Part shown: positions 1 to 9,120 of the stretch, one piece after another | Numbering within the stretch: position 1 is the stretch's first letter | Layout: the number at the start of each line of letters is the position of its first letter | From: Pseudothioglobus sp. nBUS_23 | GTDB lineage: Bacteria > Pseudomonadota > Gammaproteobacteria > PS1 > Pseudothioglobaceae | DNA: 32,000 nt | Direction: 5' to 3' | NCBI RefSeq assembly: GCF_051201565.1 | Contig: NZ_CP179200.1 | Span: 1,110,001 to 1,142,000 of the forward strand | Notes under the pieces: generated by a model | The model's input: only the letters and a program-made list of their open reading frames with translations | Database searches by the model: none | Told to the model about the DNA's origin: nothing | Translations under genes and position numbers: made by a program

Positions 1-1
1 G

Positions 2-262
2 GTTCAGATGGTCAAAGATGTAACTGCTGTTCCTGAAGTTAATAAAGTTTACATGGGCAAGGTAGCCAAAATAGTTGAATTTGGTGCTTTTGTGACAATC
101 ATGCCGAACCAAGATGGCCTTTTACATGTGTCTGAAATTGCTCACGAAAGAGTAGAGAAGGTTGAAAACTACCTTAAAGAAGGTGAAGAAGTTGAGGTAA
201 AGGTTCTTGGAATTGATCGAGGAAGAATTAAACTTTCTAGAAAAGTTTTAATCGAAAAGTAA
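2..262 (+). CDS. pnp: Polynucleotide phosphorylase (PNPase), C-terminal S1 RNA-binding domain; 5'-partial, gene starts upstream of the window
   Basis: The reading frame is open from the window edge. The peptide [63 protein letters not shown] is the typical S1-domain C-terminus of PNPase. A strong terminator follows. Confidence 0.85.
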   Translation, partial: VQMVKDVTAVPEVNKVYMGKVAKIVEFGAFVTIMPNQDGLLHVSEIAHERVEKVENYLKEGEEVEVKVLGIDRGRIKLSRKVLIEK

Positions 263-267
263 TAATG

Positions 268-292
268 AAAGCCACCGTAAGGTGGCTTTTTT
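268..292 (+). terminator. Rho-independent terminator downstream of pnp
   Basis: aaaGCCACC-gtaa-GGTGGCtttttt: a perfect GC-rich stem (extendable by A:U pairs), a GTAA tetraloop and a T6 tail, starting 6 nt after the pnp stop. Confidence 0.8.
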
Positions 293-306
293 AATGAGAA
301 TTAATT

Positions 307-516
307 ATGTCAGATGAAAAAATAGTTGAGCTAGAAGAAAAAATTGCGTTTCTTCAAAATATGATTGATGAACTGAATATGGTGGTTTTTCGTCAGGGTG
401 AAAAACTTGAGAAACTCAACTTAAAACTCAAAGATACGCATAACAAATTACTGGATCAATCTGAATCAATATCTGTTCAAAATGAGGCTTCAGATGATAA
501 ACCGCCTCATTACTAA
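307..516 (+). CDS. slyX: SlyX family protein (small coiled-coil protein)
   Basis: 69 aa. It has a heptad-like N-terminus (LEEKIAFLQNMIDELNMVV) and the characteristic C-terminal ...PPHY, as in E. coli SlyX. Confidence 0.8.
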   Translation: MSDEKIVELEEKIAFLQNMIDELNMVVFRQGEKLEKLNLKLKDTHNKLLDQSESISVQNEASDDKPPHY

Positions 517-1691
517 GCGTTTGAATTAATGCGTTTCATCATAATAATTAGTGCAACTCCATTCAGCCCCCAAACAACGCTCAGTAAATACATATTAAAG
601 GTTAGACTTAAGTATTCAGCCAAATAGCCTACCAGAGCTGGCCCAAATATAAAGCCAGAAAATCCAAGGGTAATTAAGTTTGCAACTGTTAGATTTATTG
701 GTTCATCGGTAACTCTGATTGCTAGCCTAAATATTATCGCAATAAAGTTCGCAGTTCCAAAACCAAAAAGAAGCATACCAAAAACAATAATATAGAAATT
801 TGAAGTTAGTATAGATGCAAACATAATCAATCCTGCTGCAATACTCAAATACCCGCCAACAACCTTTTCACCTGCCTTTTTAATCATTTTTGATGCAATC
901 AATCTTGCAGAGATTTCACCAATATTGAATGCAAAGATGATTGCACCACCAAGATACAAAGGAACCAACAAATCTTTTGTTAACCAAAGCGCAGACCAAT
1001 CTAAGATAATACCCATCGTTGCGTAATTAAGCATCATCAAAATTCCAAAAGCAAGTATTGAATTTTTGGGTAATTTGAATTTAGGAGTTTTTTCTAAATT
1101 CTCATAGGACTTATCAAGACCAAATTTGTTAATTAAAAAAGCTCCTAAGATAAGCATATTTCCTGTTATTGAAAAAATTAATACAGGGCTCTCTATGTAT
1201 TTGATAGTAAAAAAAGCACTAAAAGCGCCCACAAGAGAACCAAAACTAAAGGCTGCATGGTAGAGTGGAGTAAGGACACGAGAAGTTTTACTCTCAATCA
1301 TAGATATTTGAGATTGGGATGAGGGACTAAAAAGGCCAACAAAAAAACCGAACGGCATGAAAGCAATCAAAAACCAATGATAACTTGGAGCTAAGATTAA
1401 TAGTAATGGACAGTAAGCTATTCCCAACAAACCGATTACAATTGAATTCTTCGTTCCTATTTTAGGAACAATAAGTCTGCCTGAAACTTGGTTACCAATT
1501 AAATTTAATAGCCCAAAAGCAAATAAACCTAGTCCAATTTCTGCTTCTGTTATTTGGAGTCTTTCAGCATTCCATGGAATATAAACAAAGTATATACCAA
1601 TCTGGAATAAAACAAGGAAAGCCCCCAGGAATGTTGCATAGATGCCTCTGTCGTATGCCTTGGTCTCTTCTTTAGAAATTGCTTGTTCCAC
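513..1691 (-). CDS. MFS-type membrane transporter, substrate unknown
   Basis: 392 aa, very hydrophobic, about 12 predicted TM segments arranged 6+6 around a central charged loop (DKSYENLEKTPKFKLPK). Its 3' end overlaps slyX convergently by 4 nt. Confidence 0.7.
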   Translation of the reverse strand: MEQAISKEETKAYDRGIYATFLGAFLVLFQIGIYFVYIPWNAERLQITEAEIGLGLFAFGLLNLIGNQVSGRLIVPKIGTKNSIVIGLLGIAYCPLLLILAPSYHWFLIAFMPFGFFVGLFSPSSQSQISMIESKTSRVLTPLYHAAFSFGSLVGAFSAFFTIKYIESPVLIFSITGNMLILGAFLINKFGLDKSYENLEKTPKFKLPKNSILAFGILMMLNYATMGIILDWSALWLTKDLLVPLYLGGAIIFAFNIGEISARLIASKMIKKAGEKVVGGYLSIAAGLIMFASILTSNFYIIVFGMLLFGFGTANFIAIIFRLAIRVTDEPINLTVANLITLGFSGFIFGPALVGYLAEYLSLTFNMYLLSVVWGLNGVALIIMMKRINSNA

Positions 1692-1695
1692 TGGA

Positions 1696-2040
1696 CTATG
1701 TTTTAATTTTTAAGGCGTCAAAATCAATCAAAAGCCCTTTCCAGCCGTGTTTCATAAAACTTCGAATGTTTAAGTGTGAGCTATCATCTTCAGGGCTATT
1801 TAATACTGACTGATAATGCTCAGCAAAGCAATGAAGCACCTCTGACTCTGAAAGTGAATGCATATGACCAAAACAGAATACTTTGGCAGAGCCCTGATTT
1901 TCAGATTTCGAGTTGATAATTTCACCATTCTCAAATGCTATATTTGAAAAATGATATTCCGCATCAATTAACTCAATAAAATCAGAGAATTCAAATCCTG
2001 CCCCTGATTTTAGTTTGTTCAGATACTCCTTTGTATTCAT
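1696..2040 (-). CDS. HopJ type III effector family protein (PF08888-like)
   Basis: 114 aa. It shows family-typical blocks: EFSDFIELIDAEYHF, NGEIINSKSENQGSAKVFCFG, HLNIRSFMKHGWKG. It starts 6 nt after the aceE stop. Confidence 0.7.
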   Translation of the reverse strand: MNTKEYLNKLKSGAGFEFSDFIELIDAEYHFSNIAFENGEIINSKSENQGSAKVFCFGHMHSLSESEVLHCFAEHYQSVLNSPEDDSSHLNIRSFMKHGWKGLLIDFDALKIKT

Positions 2041-2046
2041 TAATAA

Positions 2047-4692
2047 CTAGGTATGCATTGGATTAGATTTACCAGAGTCAATCTTCAGTTTTTTTGCTGC
2101 CTTATTTAAGATTTTGGCATCTAAACTGCCCTCATCTACTAGGCTGCTTAGGGTGACATAGGTAATATAATTGGCATTCACCTCAAAAAAGTATCTAAGC
2201 TCCTGACGAGAATCAGACCTTCCAAATCCATCAGTGCCCAATACTTCATAACGCATAGGAACATATTTACGGATTTGTTCAGCATAGTTTCTCATGTAGT
2301 CAGTTGCAGCGATTGCTGGTCCTTTGGATTTGCTTAAACATTGAGTGACATAGGGAGCTTTTTGGGTTTGGCTGTAAAGGTTCTCTCGATCTATGTTCTG
2401 AGCCTCTCTGGTTACCTCATTAAAGCTTGTTACGCTCCAAACATGAGACATTACGCCCCAGTCCTTCTCGAGCATATCTGCAGCCTTCTCGACTTCGCGA
2501 AGAATTGCACCACTTCCAAGTAACTGGACTTCTATTTTTGATTTCCCTACAGTTTTTAAAGGGTACATTCCTTTAATAATTCCTTCTTCAACGCCCTTAG
2601 GCATCTTAGGATGGGCGTAATTCTCATTCATCAGAGTAATGTAATAGAAAATATTTTCCATCTTCTCGTACATGCGATACATACCATCTCTAATAATAAC
2701 GGTTAGCTCATATGCATATGTCGGATCATAAGATACGCAATTGGGTATCGTATTAGCAACAATCAGAGAGTCGCCGTCTTGGTGTTGTAGTCCTTCTCCT
2801 GCGAGGGTTGTTCTTCCTGCTGTCCCCCCCATTAAGAATCCTTTTGCCTGCATATCGCCCGCAGCCCAAGCAAGATCTCCAACTCGCTGAAAGCCAAACT
2901 TAGAGTAATAAATATAAAAAGGAATCATAGTAACGTTATGGGATGCATAGGCAGTTGCTGCAGCTATCCAATCTGATATTGCTCCAGCCTCATTAATACC
3001 CTCTTGTAAAACTTGACCTTTAATGTCCTCTTTGTACCACATTACTTTGTCAGAATCCTCTGGCTCGTAAAGCTGACCTGACGATGAGTAAATACCCATT
3101 TGCCTGAAAAGGCCTTCCATTCCAAAAGTCCTAGCTTCATCAGGAACAATAGGAACAACTCTTGGTCCAATTTCCTTGTCTCTAATTAATAACGATAAGA
3201 AACGAACAAAAGCCATGGTACTAGACATTTCTTTTTCTTCGGTCGACTTTAGAAGAGGCTCAAAGGTGTTTAATTGGGGGATGTTAAAAGACTCAAGCTG
3301 GAAGCTCCTGGTAGGAAGAAAACCTCCCAAAGCTTCTCTTCTCTCTCTTAAATAAGTTAGCTCCTCACTGTCCTCAGCTGGCTTATAGAAATTTAACTCT
3401 TCAGCATCTTTTTTGGTAACTGGAATATCAAATCTTTGAGCCACTTTAACTAGCGCATCTACACCTAATTTTTTTTGACTATGAGTCGTGTTTTTTCCTT
3501 CTCCAGCCTCACCCATTCCATAACCCTTAACAGTCTTAGCTAGAATGACAGTAGGTTGACCTTTATGCTCTTTAGCAGCCTTATAGGCTTGGTAAACTTT
3601 ATTTGGATCATGCCCTCCCCGAGTTAAGGCGAAAATCTCATCATCTGACATATGTTCAACAAGTTTGAGGGTTTCTGGATATTTCCCAAAAAAGTGTTTT
3701 CTTACGTAAGCACCATCTTTCGCTTTGTAGGCCTGGTACTCACCATCTACTACCTCTTCCATTCTTTGCTTAAGAAGTCCAGATGTATCATTTGCGAGTA
3801 ATTTATCCCATCCTCTGCCCCATATAACTTTAATCACGTTCCAACCTGCGCCGCGAAACATTCCCTCCAACTCTTGAATAATTTTGCCATTACCTCTGAC
3901 TGGTCCATCAAGACGCTGAAGATTGCAATTAATAACAAATATGAGGTTATCAAGCTTCTCTCTTCCTGCAAGGGATATAGCTCCAAGCGACTCAGGCTCA
4001 TCAGTTTCACCATCTCCCAAGTAAGCCCATACGGTCCTCTTGTCAGTTTTAACAATATCTCGGTGCTGCAAATACTTCATGAATCGCGCTTGAAATATAG
4101 ACATAATTGGACCAAGACCCATTGAAACCGTTGGAAATTCCCAAAAATCTGGCATGAGCCATGGGTGCGGGTATGAAGACAAACCTTCTTTGTTAGCCTC
4201 TTGTCTAAAGTTCAACATTTGATCTTCAGATATACGCCCCTCTAGAAAAGCCCTTGAATAAATACCAGGAGCGATATGTCCCTGAAAAAATATAAGATCT
4301 GCGCCCTGGTCTAAATCGTTGCCACGATAAAAATGATTAAAGCCAACTTCATATAAAGTCGCACTGGAGGCAAACGAGGCAATATGACCACCCAGCTCTG
4401 AAGAGACTTGATTTGCCTTAACAACCATAATCATTGCATTCCATCTAATAATAGATTTAATACGGTGCTCAACATCATGCTTAACAATAAGTTCGCTCTC
4501 CTTTTCAACAGGAATCGAATTTAAATAGGCTGTATTGACTCCCTGAGGCAGATCCATGCCATCCTCATGTGCCATGTCCATCAGCTTTTGCAGAATGTAT
4601 TTAGCTCTATCTTCACCCCCAAAACGAGCCACTGATCTAAATGCTTCTAGCCACTCAATAGTTTCTTGGGGGTCAATATCTTTTTCAGACAT
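2047..4692 (-). CDS. aceE: Pyruvate dehydrogenase E1 component, homodimeric type
   Basis: 881 aa (E. coli AceE is 887 aa) and collinear with it from the N-terminus (DIDPQETIEWLEAFRSV...). A ThDP-binding GDGE motif is present (YLGDGETDEPESLGAISLA). Confidence 0.95.
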   Translation of the reverse strand: MSEKDIDPQETIEWLEAFRSVARFGGEDRAKYILQKLMDMAHEDGMDLPQGVNTAYLNSIPVEKESELIVKHDVEHRIKSIIRWNAMIMVVKANQVSSELGGHIASFASSATLYEVGFNHFYRGNDLDQGADLIFFQGHIAPGIYSRAFLEGRISEDQMLNFRQEANKEGLSSYPHPWLMPDFWEFPTVSMGLGPIMSIFQARFMKYLQHRDIVKTDKRTVWAYLGDGETDEPESLGAISLAGREKLDNLIFVINCNLQRLDGPVRGNGKIIQELEGMFRGAGWNVIKVIWGRGWDKLLANDTSGLLKQRMEEVVDGEYQAYKAKDGAYVRKHFFGKYPETLKLVEHMSDDEIFALTRGGHDPNKVYQAYKAAKEHKGQPTVILAKTVKGYGMGEAGEGKNTTHSQKKLGVDALVKVAQRFDIPVTKKDAEELNFYKPAEDSEELTYLRERREALGGFLPTRSFQLESFNIPQLNTFEPLLKSTEEKEMSSTMAFVRFLSLLIRDKEIGPRVVPIVPDEARTFGMEGLFRQMGIYSSSGQLYEPEDSDKVMWYKEDIKGQVLQEGINEAGAISDWIAAATAYASHNVTMIPFYIYYSKFGFQRVGDLAWAAGDMQAKGFLMGGTAGRTTLAGEGLQHQDGDSLIVANTIPNCVSYDPTYAYELTVIIRDGMYRMYEKMENIFYYITLMNENYAHPKMPKGVEEGIIKGMYPLKTVGKSKIEVQLLGSGAILREVEKAADMLEKDWGVMSHVWSVTSFNEVTREAQNIDRENLYSQTQKAPYVTQCLSKSKGPAIAATDYMRNYAEQIRKYVPMRYEVLGTDGFGRSDSRQELRYFFEVNANYITYVTLSSLVDEGSLDAKILNKAAKKLKIDSGKSNPMHT

Positions 4693-4825
4693 AAAATATC
4701 ATTTTTTGTAAAAAATAAGAATCTTATTATCCCTTAAAAAGACCCAAAAAACCAATCAGGTCGAGCTATATTTTTAAAGTTTAGATACTGTAAAATATTG
4801 TTCTTCTCAATCAATAAAATTATTC

Positions 4826-6199
4826 ATGAAAATTCCAAGTTCAATCTTTAAAGCCTATGATATTAGGGGTATTGTAGAAACTGAATTAACGCCCGAAATT
4901 GTAAAGCTCATAGGCAGAGCAGTTGGCAGCGAATCGATCAAAAAAGGTGAAAGAGGTGTTGTTGTGGGAAGAGATGGAAGATTATCTGGCCCTGAACTCT
5001 CTGAGGCCCTTATTTCCGGTCTTATCGAGAGTGGTTGCCATGTTGTAAATATTGGTATGGTGCCCTCTCCAGTTGTTTATTTCGCGACTCATACAAAGGC
5101 AGCTTCTTCAGGAGTCATGATTACTGGGTCCCATAATCCAGCTGAATATAACGGATTAAAGATTATGATTGCTGGGGAAACACTTTCAGCAGAAAGAATT
5201 CAAGATTTGTACTCAAGAATCATAGAGAGTGACTTTTCGAATGGTCACGGAACATCGACCTCTATCAATATCGATCAAGACTATATTGATACCATCAAGT
5301 CAGACATACAGATAAAGAAAGAGCTCAAGGTAGTCATTGATTGTGGAAATGGTGTTGCAGGTAGTATCGCACCTAAACTCTTCGAAGCCTTAGGAATGAA
5401 AGTGTCTAAATTATTCTGCCTTGTTGATGGCAGGTTTCCTAACCATCATCCTGACCCCTCAAAGCCTGAAAACCTGGAGGATCTGATCCAAGAAGTCATC
5501 GAATCGAATGCTGATTTAGGGCTTGCGTTTGATGGCGATGGTGACAGACTTGGCGTTGTAGACAACAAGGGAAAGGTGATTTGGGCTGACCATCAAATGA
5601 TGCTTTATGCAAAGGATGTTCTCAGCCGGAATAAGGGAGCACAAATAATTTATGATGTTAAATGCACCTCTCTTCTCCCAAAGCTTATTTCTGAGAATGG
5701 TGGCAATCCAATCCTATCTAGAACTGGTCATAGCTTTATCAAAAAGAAACTCAAAGAAACCAATGCTGAGCTTGCTGGAGAGATGTCAGGCCATATCTTT
5801 TTTAAAGAGCGTTGGTATGGCTTTGATGATGCCCTTTATACTGGCGCAAGACTGTTAGAGATAGTCTCAAATAGTGACAAGACATGCTCTGAGATTTTTG
5901 ATGAATTGCCTGTCAATCTGAGCACGCCTGAAATTAATATCAACTTTGAGAAGCACGGTCAACAATATGAAGCGATGGAATCATTATCAAACAACATAGA
6001 CTTCCCTGATGCAAGCGTTAACACTATTGATGGCTTCAGAGTGGACTATGAGGATTGTTGGGGTCTCGTTAGGCCATCAAACACCACCCCTTGCCTGGTA
6101 TTGCGCTTTGAAGGAATTGGTGTAGCTGAACTCAACAAAATCCAAGAAAGATTTAAAAAATGGCTTGAGGGGAGCGGCATTCCAGCAGAGAATTTATAG
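4826..6199 (+). CDS. algC: Phosphomannomutase/phosphoglucomutase
   Basis: 457 aa. It carries the catalytic phosphoserine loop TGSHNPAEYNGLK, the Mg site FDGDGDR and the sugar loop GEMSGH. It aligns end to end with Pseudomonas AlgC as I remember it (IFKAYDIRG..., FPNHHPDPSKPENL). Confidence 0.9.
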   Translation: MKIPSSIFKAYDIRGIVETELTPEIVKLIGRAVGSESIKKGERGVVVGRDGRLSGPELSEALISGLIESGCHVVNIGMVPSPVVYFATHTKAASSGVMITGSHNPAEYNGLKIMIAGETLSAERIQDLYSRIIESDFSNGHGTSTSINIDQDYIDTIKSDIQIKKELKVVIDCGNGVAGSIAPKLFEALGMKVSKLFCLVDGRFPNHHPDPSKPENLEDLIQEVIESNADLGLAFDGDGDRLGVVDNKGKVIWADHQMMLYAKDVLSRNKGAQIIYDVKCTSLLPKLISENGGNPILSRTGHSFIKKKLKETNAELAGEMSGHIFFKERWYGFDDALYTGARLLEIVSNSDKTCSEIFDELPVNLSTPEININFEKHGQQYEAMESLSNNIDFPDASVNTIDGFRVDYEDCWGLVRPSNTTPCLVLRFEGIGVAELNKIQERFKKWLEGSGIPAENL

Positions 6200-6245
6200 T
6201 TGGAAATTCTAAAAAAATAGGTATAAAATACGAATTTTTTATCCT

Positions 6246-6279
6246 TGAACAGATACTGCCTGTTCAGTTCATTTTTTTT
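6246..6279 (+). terminator. Rho-independent terminator downstream of algC
   Basis: TGAACAG-atactgc-CTGTTCA is a 7-bp stem, followed 5 nt later by T8 (6272-6279). The GGAG RBS of the next gene comes directly after it. Confidence 0.6.
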
Positions 6280-6290
6280 GGAGTTTGTAG

Positions 6291-7406
6291 ATGGAAGGAC
6301 ATGTCAACTTTACGCTATCGGATCGCTTACGAAAGTCGCCCTATTACGAATCTACGCTGAAAGCGGGAGCCAAAACCTTTACAGTTTATAACCACATGAT
6401 TATGCCCACCTCTTATGAGGGAGCTGAAGCGGATTACTGGAACCTTATGAATAACGTCACCATGTGGGATGTTGCTGCTGAACGCCAGGTTGAGATTACT
6501 GGAAGTGACGCCTACAGGTTTGTAGAATATATTACTTCGAGAGACCTCTCAAAACTTCAGATTGGCCAAGGAAAATATGCCCTCATTACAGACGAAAATG
6601 GAGGGATTATTAATGACCCTATTATCTTAAGACTAGGCGAAAGTCATTTTTGGCTATCGATTGCAGACAGCGACGTACTCCTTTGGACACGTGGGCTTGC
6701 CTGTGGACTTGGATGGGACGTTAATATTTGTGAGCCAGATGTTTCTCCTTTAGCAATTCAGGGCCCTAACCATTTGCCTTTAATGATTGATTTATTTGGT
6801 GAATGGGTTAAAGATGTTAAGTATTTCTTTTTTAAAGAGTGTGAGCTAGAGGGAATCCCTCTTATTGTTCAAAAGTCAGGCTGGAGCAAACAAGGAGGCT
6901 TTGAACTCTATCTTCGTGACGGATCACAAGGTGATAAGTTATGGGACATCGTTGCTGGTGCAGGAAAGAAATATGACATTAAGCCAGGAACCCCAAATAA
7001 TATCGAAAGGGTAGAGTCGGGACTATTCTCATGGGGAAATGATATGGATATCAATAGTAACCCGTTAGAGCTCCCATTAGGTAATTTTTGTCAACTGGAT
7101 AAAGAGGCTGATTACTTAAGCAGGGAAGCTCTTCATAAGATACGCTCTGAAGGTGTCACCAAAAAACTTGTTGGACTGATTGTCGATGGCGATCCATTTA
7201 TTGGCGGTTGTGCCAGCCCATGGCAGGTCATGAGTGATAATCAAATGTGTGGCAAAGTTTCTAGTGCTGCTTACTCTCCAAGATTAAAAATTAATATGGC
7301 TATGGCGACAATAGATAGTGGTCATAATGCAATTGACTCCGAGGTCACTGTTGAAACACCATGGGGTTTAAGATCTGCAAAAGTGACTTCGATTCCCTTT
7401 AATTAA
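6291..7406 (+). CDS. dmdA: GcvT-family aminomethyltransferase, dimethylsulfoniopropionate demethylase (DmdA)-like
   Basis: 371 aa with GcvT-family architecture. The N-terminal blocks RKSPYY..T.KAGAKTFTVYNHMIMPTSY, WDVAAERQVEITG, FWLSIADSD, PDVSPLAIQGP, SGWSKQGGFELYL and NNIERVESG match my recollection of characterised DmdA rather than the glycine-cleavage T protein (which has ...FDVSHM...). Family assignment is about 0.9; the DmdA subfamily assignment is about 0.55. Confidence 0.6.
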   Translation: MEGHVNFTLSDRLRKSPYYESTLKAGAKTFTVYNHMIMPTSYEGAEADYWNLMNNVTMWDVAAERQVEITGSDAYRFVEYITSRDLSKLQIGQGKYALITDENGGIINDPIILRLGESHFWLSIADSDVLLWTRGLACGLGWDVNICEPDVSPLAIQGPNHLPLMIDLFGEWVKDVKYFFFKECELEGIPLIVQKSGWSKQGGFELYLRDGSQGDKLWDIVAGAGKKYDIKPGTPNNIERVESGLFSWGNDMDINSNPLELPLGNFCQLDKEADYLSREALHKIRSEGVTKKLVGLIVDGDPFIGGCASPWQVMSDNQMCGKVSSAAYSPRLKINMAMATIDSGHNAIDSEVTVETPWGLRSAKVTSIPFN

Positions 7407-7428
7407 TTTAGCAGGAAGAACTAAATTG

Positions 7429-7659
7429 ATGCGATTCGCTAAATATGAACAACACTTAAAGTGGTTCGCGCTATTCCTTGGTATCCTTAGCACCATAGCT
7501 ATTATCAATGACTTATATCCTTACACAATGTTTATTGGGCTCCCTTTTTGCTTAATATGGGTCTATTGTGCTTGGCTTCATACTGAGAAGCAATTGAAAT
7601 GGATCAATATAATCTTTACTGGGTTATATTCGTTCGGAATAATAAATTACTATATCTAG
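7429..7659 (+). CDS. Small hypothetical membrane protein (76 aa from the ATG, 2-3 TM segments)
   Basis: The ORF starts at an ATG 11 nt after an AGGAAG Shine-Dalgarno-like motif (7413-7418). The peptide is hydrophobic and Trp/Tyr-rich (FALFLGILSTIAII..., FIGLPFCLIWVYCAWL, IIFTGLYSFGIINYYI). I recognise no family. Confidence 0.45.
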   Translation: MRFAKYEQHLKWFALFLGILSTIAIINDLYPYTMFIGLPFCLIWVYCAWLHTEKQLKWINIIFTGLYSFGIINYYI

Positions 7660-7673
7660 AACTAAAACCATAA

Positions 7674-9107
7674 TTAACTAATCATTGGTAAGAGTTTGTC
7701 AATGGATGTTTTAGCATTCCCATAAAACATTCTTGTATTCTCCTTAAAGAATAAAGGATTTTCAATCCCAGAGTATCCAGTTCCCTGACCTCTTTTAGAG
7801 ACAAACACATGCTTAGCCTTCCAGCATTCTAGAACAGGCATTCCAGCTATAGGACTGTTTGGGTCATCTTGAGCGGCAGGATTCACAATATCGTTTGATC
7901 CAATTACTATAGCTACATCTGTGTTAGGGAAATCATCATTAATCTCATCCATCTCCAAAACAATATCATATGGCACTCGCGCCTCTGCCAAAAGAACATT
8001 CATATGACCAGGCAAACGTCCAGCAACTGGATGAATGGCAAAACGCACATCTTTGCCTTGAGCTCTTAACTTACGCACTAATTCAGAGACTGACTGTTGG
8101 GCTTGTGCTACAGCCATACCATAGCCTGGAATTATTATGATGCTGTCAGCATCATTTAGAACAGAAGCCACTTCATCAGCCTCAATAGCATTTTGTTCAC
8201 CCTCAATCTCCATTTGTGGGCCCGAATACTCTCCAAATCCACCGAGAATAACACTCACAAAAGACCTGTTCATAGCTTTACACATAATATAAGACAAAAT
8301 AGCACCAGATGATCCTACAAGAGCCCCTACAACAATCAGAAGATCATTTCCAAGACTAAATCCAATTGCAGCAGCGGCCCATCCAGAATAGGAATTCAAC
8401 ATTGATACAACTACTGGCATATCTGCGCCACCAATTCCCATGATCAGGTGATAACCAATAAAAATCGCAAGAATCGTTAAGACAATTATTGGCAAAAGTC
8501 CGCCTGAATTTAAGTACCAAATCATTGCTATTACTGACACAATAGCAGCAGTTGCATTTAGATAGTTACCCCCTGGCAGTTTAGTGGCTGCTGAAGTTAC
8601 TTTGCCTGCCAACTTACCATAAGCAATGATTGAACCCATAAATGTGACAGCACCAATCCAGATACCCAATGAAGACTCAACTCGGAGTATGCTAATCTCA
8701 ACATCTGATTTTTTAGCAAGAAGTGCGGAGAACCCTTCAAGTGTTTTTTGAATCGAATCATCCATTGACGCTACATTGATGAGTTCAAAATGTGTATTAA
8801 ATCCAACAAATACTGCAACAAGGCCCACAAGTGCATGCATCCCAGCAACTAACTCTGGCATTTGAGTCATTTCGACTTTTGAGGCTAACTGATAACCTGC
8901 AAGGCCACCCGAAGCGATGAGTATAAGGGATAGCCACCATAATCCAAATCCAGGGCCAACCAAGGTCACAGAAACAGCCAATGCCATAGCAGCAATGCCA
9001 TACCAAACCGCACGTTTTGCGCTTTCTTGACCAGAGAGCCCACCAAGTGAGAGTATGAACAGCACAATTGCAATAACGTAAATAGCTGTAGTGAATCCCA
9101 TTTCCAT
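7674..9107 (-). CDS. pntB: NAD(P) transhydrogenase subunit beta
   Basis: It has a multi-TM N-terminal domain plus a C-terminal NADP(H)-binding dIII domain ([44 protein letters not shown]). The ORF-track start at 9143 overlaps pntA. The ATG at 9107 (MEMGFTT...) fits homologue length better. Confidence 0.9.
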   Translation of the reverse strand: MEMGFTTAIYVIAIVLFILSLGGLSGQESAKRAVWYGIAAMALAVSVTLVGPGFGLWWLSLILIASGGLAGYQLASKVEMTQMPELVAGMHALVGLVAVFVGFNTHFELINVASMDDSIQKTLEGFSALLAKKSDVEISILRVESSLGIWIGAVTFMGSIIAYGKLAGKVTSAATKLPGGNYLNATAAIVSVIAMIWYLNSGGLLPIIVLTILAIFIGYHLIMGIGGADMPVVVSMLNSYSGWAAAAIGFSLGNDLLIVVGALVGSSGAILSYIMCKAMNRSFVSVILGGFGEYSGPQMEIEGEQNAIEADEVASVLNDADSIIIIPGYGMAVAQAQQSVSELVRKLRAQGKDVRFAIHPVAGRLPGHMNVLLAEARVPYDIVLEMDEINDDFPNTDVAIVIGSNDIVNPAAQDDPNSPIAGMPVLECWKAKHVFVSKRGQGTGYSGIENPLFFKENTRMFYGNAKTSIDKLLPMIS

Positions 9108-9120
9108 AATATCGCTCTCG

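Noticed and set aside
2341-4125. Short ORFs inside or antisense to aceE (2341-2523 +, 3834-4055 -, 3874-4125 +). Similar cases lie inside algC (5652-5858), pntB (8797-9006), argD/argF (18045-18311, 19037-19312, 19180-19449), leuA (20984-21166, 21305-21562, 21968-22183), ilvC (23321-23521, 23375-23605), ilvI (24601-24789), ftsA (27737-28102, 28350-28649), pepN (31178-31381), the LysE/VOC/GNAT/DUF2007 genes (13025-13264, 13737-14018, 14389-14697, 15084-15266)
   Set aside because: All are nested in, or out of frame with, well-supported conserved genes. They encode low-complexity peptides and have no independent start or RBS context. I treat them as spurious.
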